A DNA stretch of 34,894 nucleotides from a virus (Duplodnaviria; Caudoviricetes), in the IMG/VR virus record IMGVR_UViG_3300036778_000028, positions 1-34,894 of that record; one strand, written 5' to 3'. Below, piece by piece: positions 27,652-34,894 of this stretch. Position 1 is the first letter of the stretch, and each line of letters opens with the position of its first letter. The notes under the pieces were generated by a model that was given only the letters and a program-made list of their open reading frames with translations, was not told the DNA's origin and searched no databases. The position numbers and the translations under genes were made by a program.

Positions 27652-28505
27652 GCGTGCACCTCATGCACGACAGAACAATCAGGGCCACCTGCCGGGTCGA
27701 ATTCAACCCAATAGCGCTGTTTAAATACAGCGATAATTTCCGCTGCAGTTTTACCGTCTCCGGCCTCAACTCCCATGCTTCGCTTTGTGGTTATGACGTG
27801 TCGGGTGCAGTTGAGATAAAGGGAACGGATCAGAGAAGTGTCACTATTGGACACAATGACCGGATGACCTTCTGATGACCGACGCTCAAGAATTGAGGCC
27901 AGGTGATACTGGTCATCCTCGTTAAAGCCTGCGGTATGGTATGCAGTGAAAGTACCGTCATACGGTGGATCGCAGTAGACCACATCACCCGCCTGCAGCA
28001 TTGCCAGCGTTTCGTCATAGCTGGCGCAGATGAACGTGGCCCTGCGGGCCTTTTCCGCGAAGGTGAGAATTTCGGCGTGAGGGAAATATGGCTTTTTATA
28101 ATTGCCAAACGGAACATTAAATTGCCCGCTCAGGTTGTAACGGCACAGCCCGCGATAACAATGACGATTCAAATATAAAAACAGTGCCGCACGTTCCAGC
28201 GCGCTCAACGTCGTATCGGTATTGAATTGCAGCCGATTTTGATAATAGCTTTCAGCATTATTATCTTCGCTGAAAAATACCAGCGCACACGCAATTAATT
28301 CCTCAGTGTGCTGCGCAACTTTCTGGTAAAGGTTGATCAGGTCGGCGTTAATATCCGCGACAAGATAATGAGGATAGTCTGTTGCCATCATCACAGCACA
28401 CGAACCTGCAAACGGCTCAACCAGGCGAGAACCGGCAGGCAGGTGCTGCATTAACTCAGGCATGACGGCGGTTTTATTGCCCGCCCATTTCAGGATGGTG
28501 CTCAT
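27648..28505 (-). CDS. dam: DNA adenine methyltransferase (Dam family)
   Basis: LKWAGNK, VEPFAGS (motif I), [19 protein letters not shown] (motif IV). Confidence 0.95.
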   Translation of the reverse strand: MSTILKWAGNKTAVMPELMQHLPAGSRLVEPFAGSCAVMMATDYPHYLVADINADLINLYQKVAQHTEELIACALVFFSEDNNAESYYQNRLQFNTDTTLSALERAALFLYLNRHCYRGLCRYNLSGQFNVPFGNYKKPYFPHAEILTFAEKARRATFICASYDETLAMLQAGDVVYCDPPYDGTFTAYHTAGFNEDDQYHLASILERRSSEGHPVIVSNSDTSLIRSLYLNCTRHVITTKRSMGVEAGDGKTAAEIIAVFKQRYWVEFDPAGGPDCSVVHEVHA

Positions 28506-28729
28506 ACAGCACCTCCGTTGTAGTGCTTGCCTTTCAGTTCAGCGATTTCCTGACAGGTGATGCAGCACTGCACGCCCGGAATAGCGCGGCGGCGAGCTGG
28601 CGGGATCGGTGCATCGCAATCAATGCAGAGAACACGGGAAACGCCCGGCACTTTGGCGCGGGCGTTGTGGATGTGGCGCTGGAGGTCTTCTTCCACGCGC
28701 TGCTGCACGAGGTCCATTGAATCAGCCAT
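28502..28729 (-). CDS. TraR/DksA C4 zinc-finger protein (P2 Orf82-like)
   Basis: MADSMD...CIDCDAPIPPARR.AIPGVQCCITCQ. Confidence 0.9.
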   Translation of the reverse strand: MADSMDLVQQRVEEDLQRHIHNARAKVPGVSRVLCIDCDAPIPPARRRAIPGVQCCITCQEIAELKGKHYNGGAV

Positions 28730-28962
28730 CAGTGGATCTCCTGCGCTTCGTTCTGGATGGTTTCAGCAGCGTTACGCAGCAGCTCTGCAGCTTCGGTGCC
28801 GTTAAGTTTGCCGCGGGTGATATGCACCGCCAGTTTTTCCAGATGAGCAGCAAATACATCAGCGCGGCCCCGGCGCTCTTTCATGCGCGCCTCGGTCAAC
28901 ATCAGGTTAAGCCCGGCATCATCTGGTCCGGTTTTGGTGGTTCGGGTTTCAATATTTCTCAT
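28729..28962 (-). CDS. Conserved P2-family early protein (DUF2732-like)
   Basis: MRNIETR...LTEARMKER...EAAELLR; ATG at 28962 with AGGAG RBS. Confidence 0.8.
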   Translation of the reverse strand: MRNIETRTTKTGPDDAGLNLMLTEARMKERRGRADVFAAHLEKLAVHITRGKLNGTEAAELLRNAAETIQNEAQEIH

Positions 28963-29028
28963 AGAGTTTCTCCTGAATTTGGGCAAAAAGAAGCCCGGCG
29001 GGTTTACGCCATTAATTTCTGGTTTGGT

Positions 29029-29370
29029 TTAATTCGGCATGGTTAGCCGCTTTGGAAATAAGCTCACCACTGCACGAAAATGGTTCATTGCCTTTATCAG
29101 CTCCCGCTTTTCGTCAGTCGTCAGCTCACTAATTTTGACGCCGTGACGCTCTGCCGGAATGTTAGCCATAAAAAATATGGCGGCTAATGCTCGCTTGTTC
29201 TGTTTATAATTTGCGTCCCGTGGGTCGCTCATTTCGTTAATAAACCGCTCAAGCTCTGACTCAATGTTAATTCCAAATACCTTTGCCCTTAATTCCGCTA
29301 TGTGGTTCAACCCTTCATAGCGTTCACTAGGGCTTATCGTGCGAGTCGCTGCAGCACCTTCAATAGCCAT
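29029..29370 (-). CDS. Conserved P2-family early protein (DUF5347-like)
   Basis: GLNHIAELR...LAAIFFMA.IP..RH...LIKAMNHFRAVVSLFPKRL; position after fil. Confidence 0.7.
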   Translation of the reverse strand: MAIEGAAATRTISPSERYEGLNHIAELRAKVFGINIESELERFINEMSDPRDANYKQNKRALAAIFFMANIPAERHGVKISELTTDEKRELIKAMNHFRAVVSLFPKRLTMPN

Positions 29371-29534
29371 GGTTTCCTCTGTTTGATGGTTGACAGGTCA
29401 GCCAGCAATTCAGCCTGCGAGTGGTAAGGGTGCCAGCGCTTGCCATCTTTGCCTGCAATCCAGCCATGACCGAAGTGCATTCCTGGGCTTTTCTTAACAA
29501 GTAGTGATGCAAATGACGGTTCGTTATTCAGCAT
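29334..29534 (-). CDS. fil: Phage filamentation protein Fil-like
   Basis: PSFASLLVK.SPGMHFGHGWI.GKDGKRWHP; directly after cII as in 186. Confidence 0.75.
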   Translation of the reverse strand: MLNNEPSFASLLVKKSPGMHFGHGWIAGKDGKRWHPYHSQAELLADLSTIKQRKPWLLKVLQRLAR

Positions 29535-29541
29535 AAGCACC

Positions 29542-30051
29542 TCAAATCAGACCAAATGAAGCGCCCAGGCCCGTCACGGTATCAACCGCACTTGCCATTG
29601 CCGGGCTTGTTTGCAGCCTGGCGTGCATAGAAACAGCCGTCAGCGCCATCAAACGAGTAACAGAGTTTATGCTGTCGATAGCCTGCCGACGGCTGGCGGT
29701 AGTTTGTGGCTCACCAGAAACTGCACTGGCAGCAACACGCCCGATCTCTGCGGTAGCATTCAGTACGTAATGCGGCATCTTCTCGCTTGCCACTTCGTTT
29801 AATGGGACACATGGCAGGCAATGAATCTGGGCCAGAAAGCCATCAACCAGAGTTGAGTCCTCAGTGAGATCAGTAAGCAGCCAAATTTCCGGCGCGGTGA
29901 GCTGGTGCGGTTGTTCCGGGTTCAGCTTGTTGCGCAGTGTCTGAACGTTCATTTCTGCACGCTCTGCCAGCTTTGCCATATTGTGACGTAAAGCAAAGGC
30001 CCGGCAGGCTTCTTCAAAATGCGGATGTTTGGAAACTCGATAGTCAAACAT
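29542..30051 (-). CDS. cII: 186-type CII lysogeny-establishment activator
   Basis: MFDYRVSKHPHFEEACRAFALRHN...QTLRNKLNPEQPHQLT; 169 aa. Confidence 0.93.
   Translation of the reverse strand: MFDYRVSKHPHFEEACRAFALRHNMAKLAERAEMNVQTLRNKLNPEQPHQLTAPEIWLLTDLTEDSTLVDGFLAQIHCLPCVPLNEVASEKMPHYVLNATAEIGRVAASAVSGEPQTTASRRQAIDSINSVTRLMALTAVSMHARLQTSPAMASAVDTVTGLGASFGLI
30025..30051 (+). promoter_or_regulatory. CII-binding site of the establishment promoter pE
   Basis: Perfect inverted 7-mers ATGTTTG-N13-CAAACAT over the cII start, the geometry described for 186 pE; candidate -10 CAAAAT at 30074-30079. Confidence 0.82.
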
Positions 30052-30083
30052 AGTCAGCGGCTCCGATGTGTCTCAAAATGGAA

Positions 30084-30305
30084 CTAATTAATAGCGACAT
30101 TGCAATCAGAGAGCGCATCAACAGTCAGCGCGACGATGTTAATCATCACTTTCTCGCGCTTCTTGTCCTTACGCAGACGGTGACGAGGCAAACGACCATC
30201 AGCAAGCATGTCGTTGATGGTATCGATTGAAAGACCAGTGATTTCACTGTAACGCTCGATTGTGACGTGAGGCGCATTAAGAGTGATTGAAATGTTGGGG
30301 GTCAT
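30084..30305 (-). CDS. apl: Apl/Cox-like excisionase-repressor
   Basis: MTPNISITL..PHVTIERYSEITGLSIDTINDMLADGRL HTH; AGGAG RBS; divergent from cI. Confidence 0.85.
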   Translation of the reverse strand: MTPNISITLNAPHVTIERYSEITGLSIDTINDMLADGRLPRHRLRKDKKREKVMINIVALTVDALSDCNVAIN

Positions 30306-30395
30306 GATGCAACAATCTCCTATTGGCTTGTGGTGAGCCTGGTTAAATCGTGACGACAAACATCACAAAACGGAGAATAGGATCTCGAAACGGTT

Positions 30396-31328
30396 ATGTC
30401 AAACCAAAAAAACACATTTCGCCATATCGGTGATGATATGAAAGCTTTGATAATGAATAATCGTGGCGGACAACAAGTCATCGAGCGCATCGTTGCAGCA
30501 TATGGATTTGCCTCACGCCAAGCATTCTGTAATCACCTAGGTATATCTCAAAGCACGATGGCAAACAGATATGCACGCGATACCTTCCCTGCTGATTGGG
30601 TGATTTTATGCAGTCTGGAGACTGGAGTCAGTATTGAATGGCTGGCGTTTGGAAGAGATACGAAGTCACAGGATCCAACATTTCCTCATGATTTGGGCAT
30701 TAAAACTAATGATTCTATAGCGGAAAAACAGGAGCAAAAAGAAAAGTCCCCAATTGAGATCTTCATTAATCCTAATCACGGTGGAAAGGCGGCTATTGAG
30801 CGGCTGGTCGAAGCATATGGCTTTAAAACAAGGCAAGCTTTAGCAGATCATCTTAATGTCTCTAAAAGTACTCTTGCCAATAGATATCTACGTGACACTT
30901 TTCCTAGTGATTGGATTATCCAATGTGCATTGGAAACAGGTTCATCATTAACATGGCTAGCAACAGGGCTAGGCCAAAAGTTAAACATTGCGGAATCGGA
31001 TATAGTTAAGGTATCTAAATTCAAACTTGAAGATGGGAAAATGATATCAGCAGGCCATCTAATTCTTGATAAAACCCTACTTCCAACAGGGGTCAATCAG
31101 TTAATAGCAATAGTTGATAACGAAGTAGTTAAATTTGCGACTCAGGATTTTAATGACCTGGAGGATGGAGCCTGGTTGATTCAATATGAAAAATCAACAA
31201 AATTTAAAGAACTATACATTTTACCCGGAGGGAAATTGCGCGTCTCTGATGCTAATGTAACTTTTGAATGTAATAAACTTGATATAAGAGCAATCGCTAA
31301 AATTTTAACTCAATATTCTAAAATTTAG
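30396..31328 (+). CDS. cI: 186-type CI immunity repressor with two tandem HTH domains
   Basis: Two copies of GG...IER.V.AYGF..RQA...HL..S.ST.ANRY.RDTFP.DW.I.C.LETG.S..WLA.G, then a CI C-terminal domain (DGAWLI...LPGGKLRV); start may be 30396 or 30438. Confidence 0.9.
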   Translation: MSNQKNTFRHIGDDMKALIMNNRGGQQVIERIVAAYGFASRQAFCNHLGISQSTMANRYARDTFPADWVILCSLETGVSIEWLAFGRDTKSQDPTFPHDLGIKTNDSIAEKQEQKEKSPIEIFINPNHGGKAAIERLVEAYGFKTRQALADHLNVSKSTLANRYLRDTFPSDWIIQCALETGSSLTWLATGLGQKLNIAESDIVKVSKFKLEDGKMISAGHLILDKTLLPTGVNQLIAIVDNEVVKFATQDFNDLEDGAWLIQYEKSTKFKELYILPGGKLRVSDANVTFECNKLDIRAIAKILTQYSKI

Positions 31329-31344
31329 ATATTAAGGCTTGAAA

Positions 31345-32370
31345 ATGGAATTTGTGAAAAAACTTGAATTTGGCAATTACACTCTACGTTTTGGTAAAGA
31401 TGTTTTATTGGATTACTATGATGAAATAGTATTCCCATCCTTTTTAGAAATGGCTCACAAACGAACTATTTCTGATAAATCTGAATTTTTCTTCATCGAC
31501 ACTGAATGTATAGTTCTTGATGATAAGGCAAGCCCCCCAGTATTAGGGATCAAAGGGCGCTTCATAAAAAACACATTATTAACTAGAGAACAGATTTTTG
31601 ATGGCGCAGATCTAGTTGAAGATCACGATGAGCTTGAATCCGCCCCCAGTTCATTTTTTTTGCTAATACTAAACACACACAGACTAATTTTCTGCAAAGA
31701 AGTAAGTGATGCTCCTACCATCCAAAATTTTCAAGCCACAAGTCAATGCTTCCTCAATATTGAATATGAGAAATACATTGAATATGTTCACTCAGAAGAG
31801 AGCAAGGCAAGAGAGTTAAACCCCGATTTACCTAGAGTAACAAAAAAATCACTTCGCGCAGAAATCCTCCCTCCTAAATTAAGAATAACTACTTTAACTG
31901 ATGAACAGAGCCTAGAAGCTTTTATCAAAAATTTCCAGAAAATTCAAAATGTCGCGGTAAAACTCCTTCCCACAAACCATGAGGAAATTAATAATGATTC
32001 CTTTTGGAAAGCGTTGGAATCCACTCGAAACGAGATGGACAGTAACTCAGCGGCAGTAAGATTTTCCAATGTCGATACGGGGCTAAACCCTGATGCTGTT
32101 TTGGAACAGCTCACATCAGCAACAAAACTTGCTAACTCTGGAATAAATTTGCGCGGTTATGATGCAGAAGGAGATTTAATAAAGGGTAGCAACGACGATT
32201 TTGTTTTATTAAGCGAAATGGACGATTTATCAAAAGACACTGATGAAGCAGCAGTTGAAAGCTATGAACGCTTTGAAGATCTTGTTAATGAAGGTAAGAT
32301 AAACTTACCAACCCGGATATCGAACAGGGCTAAAAACATAATAAATTCCATCTATGAAAGGTTTGCCTAA
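31345..32370 (+). CDS. Hypothetical acidic soluble protein (about 341 aa) in the lysogenic operon
   Basis: AT-rich ORF starting 16 nt after the cI stop; no TM segment; stop overlaps the next start (TAATG). Confidence 0.85.
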   Translation: MEFVKKLEFGNYTLRFGKDVLLDYYDEIVFPSFLEMAHKRTISDKSEFFFIDTECIVLDDKASPPVLGIKGRFIKNTLLTREQIFDGADLVEDHDELESAPSSFFLLILNTHRLIFCKEVSDAPTIQNFQATSQCFLNIEYEKYIEYVHSEESKARELNPDLPRVTKKSLRAEILPPKLRITTLTDEQSLEAFIKNFQKIQNVAVKLLPTNHEEINNDSFWKALESTRNEMDSNSAAVRFSNVDTGLNPDAVLEQLTSATKLANSGINLRGYDAEGDLIKGSNDDFVLLSEMDDLSKDTDEAAVESYERFEDLVNEGKINLPTRISNRAKNIINSIYERFA

Positions 32371-33011
32371 TGTTAGATAAAATAGATGCCGATGAAATTA
32401 CCAAAGAAAAAAACCTTTGGGATGTTTATAAACTCTGCAGAAAAATATCTGTTAGTCCATTCCACATCTGTATAATTTTGACGGCATCTATATTTTTACT
32501 ATGTAATTCATTGTTCTTGGAAAAAAACATTGGCCATTTACTATCTGATATACGAAACTGGTCTTTGATAGGATTCAATTTCGCAGTCACCACCCTTGGT
32601 TTTTTGATTGCAGGATTCACTATTTTTGCAACCCTTTCAAAACCTGATATGTTTTTAACAATGATGGCAATTCCTCATGAAGAAACAAACATGCCAACAT
32701 TGAAGTATAACTTCATGGCATTTATGAAGGTGTTTATATCATTTATAGCCTTCACTTTAATATATTTGATCATCATACTTTTCGGCCAAGAGAATGGCAT
32801 AGCTAGCAAAATATTTAAAATTCTTCCTTACTCTAATGAAATCACTAAGTACACGATAAAAGTAATATACTGGTTGATAGGGATAAGTCTTATCTATCTA
32901 GTTTTAGTCGTCAAAACGTTTATTTTTAACATCTATGCGATAATAATGAACAGCATAAGATGGGAATTGTATTTAAAAATGAATCCACCAAAAGATAACA
33001 AGAAACAATAA
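32370..33011 (+). CDS. Hypothetical 4-TM membrane protein (213 aa) in the lysogenic operon
   Basis: Four hydrophobic segments including TTLGFLIAGFTIFATL; translationally coupled to the upstream ORF. Confidence 0.85.
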   Translation: MLDKIDADEITKEKNLWDVYKLCRKISVSPFHICIILTASIFLLCNSLFLEKNIGHLLSDIRNWSLIGFNFAVTTLGFLIAGFTIFATLSKPDMFLTMMAIPHEETNMPTLKYNFMAFMKVFISFIAFTLIYLIIILFGQENGIASKIFKILPYSNEITKYTIKVIYWLIGISLIYLVLVVKTFIFNIYAIIMNSIRWELYLKMNPPKDNKKQ

Positions 33012-33061
33012 CCATATTTTAAGAAATCATCATCAATGTTTGAAATTTGCTAAACCATACA

Positions 33062-33091
33062 TTGACCACTGTTCAAACATACAGTTAAATT
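33062..33091 (+). promoter_or_regulatory. Putative int promoter with a LexA-like box in the spacer
   Basis: TTGACC (33062-33067), CTGTTCAAACATACAG = CTG-N10-CAG (33069-33084), TTAAAT/TAAATT (33085-33091). Confidence 0.65.
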
Positions 33092-33092
33092 T

Positions 33093-33117
33093 AGCCCTTA
33101 GACATGAGGGCTTTTTT
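33093..33117 (+). terminator. Terminator-like hairpin covering the int ribosome-binding site
   Basis: AGCCCTTA-GACA-TGAGGGCT then TTTTT directly before the int ATG. Confidence 0.7.
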
Positions 33118-34164
33118 ATGGCAGTACGAAAACTCACCACAGGAAAATGGATTTGCGAATGCTACCCCGCAGGGCGTAGCGGGCGGCGCGTGCGTAAACA
33201 GTTCGCCACCAAAGGTGAAGCACTGGCTTTTGAGCGCCACACGATGGAAGAGACGGAGGCTAAGCCCTGGCTGGGTGAATCAGCAGATCGCCGTACGCTA
33301 AAAGACGTCGTAGAACTCTGGTTCAAACTGCACGGCAAATCCCTGACAGCTGGTCAGCACGTTTATGACAAGCTGATCCTGATGGTTGATGCTTTGGGCA
33401 ATCCTCTCGCTCTCGATTTCACATCCAAAGTATTTGCGCACTACCGTGATAAGCGCCTTACAGGGGAAATTTTTTTCAGCGAGAAGTGGAAGAAAGGTGC
33501 CAGCCCGGTAACTATCAATCTGGAGCAAAGCTATCTGAGCAGCGTATTTAGCGAGCTGGCCCGTCTTGGAGAATGGACAGCACCAAACCCGCTAGAAGGC
33601 ATGCGCAAGTTCACTATTGCCGAAAAGGAAATGGCCTGGCTGACGCATGAACAAATTACAGAGCTTCTGTACGACTGCCAACGCCAAAGCGCCCTCCTCG
33701 CACTGGTCGTTAAAATCTGCCTGAGTACCGGAGCACGCTGGCGCGAAGCTGTGAATCTCACTCGCTCCCAGGTCACTAAGTACCGAATCACTTTCGTCAG
33801 GACCAAAGGCAAAAAGAACCGCAGCATTCCGATCAGCAAAGATTTGTATGAGGAAATCATTGCCCTTGATGGCTTCAGATTCTTTACCGACTGCTACTTC
33901 CAGTTTTTATCAGTGATGGATAAAACCACCATCGTGCTTCCACGTGGGCAACTCACTCACGTTCTTCGCCATACGTTCGCAGCACACTTTATGATGTCCG
34001 GCGGGAACATTCTTGCCCTCCAGAAAATCCTGGGCCATCACGACATAAAAATGACCATGCGCTATGCCCACCTGGCCCCCGATCACCTTGAAACCGCGCT
34101 GCGTTTTAATCCACTGGCAACAATGCCGATGATTCCAACTAATTTTAATGAGACCCAAATATAA
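33118..34164 (+). CDS. int: Tyrosine integrase (186/HP1-type)
   Basis: MAVRKL..GKW; STGARWRE (R), TKGKK (K), HVLRHTFA (HxxR), LGHHDIKMTMRYAH (H, Y); ATG at 33118. Confidence 0.96.
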   Translation: MAVRKLTTGKWICECYPAGRSGRRVRKQFATKGEALAFERHTMEETEAKPWLGESADRRTLKDVVELWFKLHGKSLTAGQHVYDKLILMVDALGNPLALDFTSKVFAHYRDKRLTGEIFFSEKWKKGASPVTINLEQSYLSSVFSELARLGEWTAPNPLEGMRKFTIAEKEMAWLTHEQITELLYDCQRQSALLALVVKICLSTGARWREAVNLTRSQVTKYRITFVRTKGKKNRSIPISKDLYEEIIALDGFRFFTDCYFQFLSVMDKTTIVLPRGQLTHVLRHTFAAHFMMSGGNILALQKILGHHDIKMTMRYAHLAPDHLETALRFNPLATMPMIPTNFNETQI

Positions 34165-34302
34165 AGTGTTCATCCTGTGCTATGAATTGTTTAGGTATTC
34201 CAAAAAAAAGTCAGGGGATCCTTACTTCCTCTGGTGCGTGATCAATATCACACAATATTATTTAGAAAATAATTACTGCTCACAATCCATAGAGACTGAG
34301 AA

Positions 34303-34614
34303 ATGCACTTCAAAAAATTAATGATGATCGGCTTTACCATGGCAGTTTTGGCGGGATGTACCACTGGTGAAAAGATTCACAATGTTCAGGTCGGAATGAC
34401 AAAACAACAGGTAATTGATTTACTTGGAACCCCTGACGGTGATGCCGTAAAAGGTAACACTGAGCAAATCCAATATAGTAACCGGCTAGCATCTGGTTGG
34501 GGATGGGACAAAGGTGATTACTACGTTACCTTTGAAGATGGAAAAGTCGTGTCTTACGGTAGCGGTGAAATCCGTGGAGCGGGCGCGCCAGTCAAAGGGG
34601 TGGTTGTATTTTGA
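34303..34614 (+). CDS. Small lipoprotein, SmpA/OmlA (BamE)-like fold, moron
   Basis: Signal peptide with lipobox LAGC; GMTKQQVIDLLGTP...Y.VTFEDGKVVSY pattern. Confidence 0.82.
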   Translation: MHFKKLMMIGFTMAVLAGCTTGEKIHNVQVGMTKQQVIDLLGTPDGDAVKGNTEQIQYSNRLASGWGWDKGDYYVTFEDGKVVSYGSGEIRGAGAPVKGVVVF

Positions 34615-34652
34615 TGTACTCACCATTGCGCGTGTGAATAGATAAGATATTA

Positions 34653-34672
34653 GTGGCGACAAAGTGGCGACA
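34653..34672 (+). repeat. Direct repeat GTGGCGACA x2, probable Int arm-type binding sites
   Basis: Copies at 34653-34661 and 34664-34672 (11-bp period), about 100 bp from the putative att core. Confidence 0.7.
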
Positions 34673-34752
34673 GCGGTTGGCAATACCCCGTAATCGTCAC
34701 TTCTCACCACCTAACTATCTTATTGATTATCCTACAAGTCGTTGTTTTTACT

Positions 34753-34790
34753 AACCCATTTACATAAATGGGTTTTTTGTTGCCTGAAAT
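34753..34790 (+). other. Putative att junction within a terminator-like hairpin
   Basis: AACCCATTT-ACAT-AAATGGGTT hairpin plus T-run; ATGGGTTTTTTGT resembles the 3' end of the RybB sRNA; lies downstream of int and the arm repeats. Confidence 0.55.
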
Positions 34791-34894
34791 TGATCATGCC
34801 TGTCTCATCAATAAGTTAGCGCACCGCATTGCTCACCACGCCTCCTCCTCCCGAACCATATGCACAATATTACACGGGCTCATAATCCAGCCGC

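Larger units (their letters stand above)
1..34790. mobile_element. P2-like (186/Fels-2-type) temperate prophage, left end truncated by the window
   Basis: Full P2-type gene order for tail, baseplate, lysis, head, cos, A, cII/apl/cI and int; no frameshifted core gene seen; att-like junction near 34,770. Confidence 0.97.

Noticed and set aside
33040-33117. TTG-start extension of int
   Set aside because: Covers the promoter, SOS box and hairpin; the family-typical MAVRKL start is at 33118

Overview
Nearly the whole window is one apparently intact P2-family temperate prophage of an enterobacterium, with a 186/Fels-2-type early and immunity region. It runs from the truncated late activator ogr/B at the left edge to an att junction near 34,770. 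Gene order: ogr-D-U-T-E/E'-FII-FI (tail), [O-acetyltransferase moron], tfa-H-I-J-W-V (fibre/baseplate), [membrane moron], S-R-lysC-lysB-SAR endolysin-holin-X-L-M-N-O, P-Q (head/packaging), [two-gene moron], cos, [Hcp + STM2901-like + DUF1493-like module], tum-like antirepressor under a LexA box, A (with ori), dam, small early genes, cII, apl, cI, [soluble + 4-TM gene pair], int, [lipoprotein moron], att. The most unusual content is the six accessory insertions. Chief among them are an orphan T6SS Hcp/effector/immunity-like triplet in the A-to-Q hotspot, a rexAB-like translationally coupled gene pair directly behind cI, and a second unknown gene pair between cos and portal. The CI repressor also carries two tandem DNA-binding domains. 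All family assignments come from recalled motifs and synteny; no database search was run.
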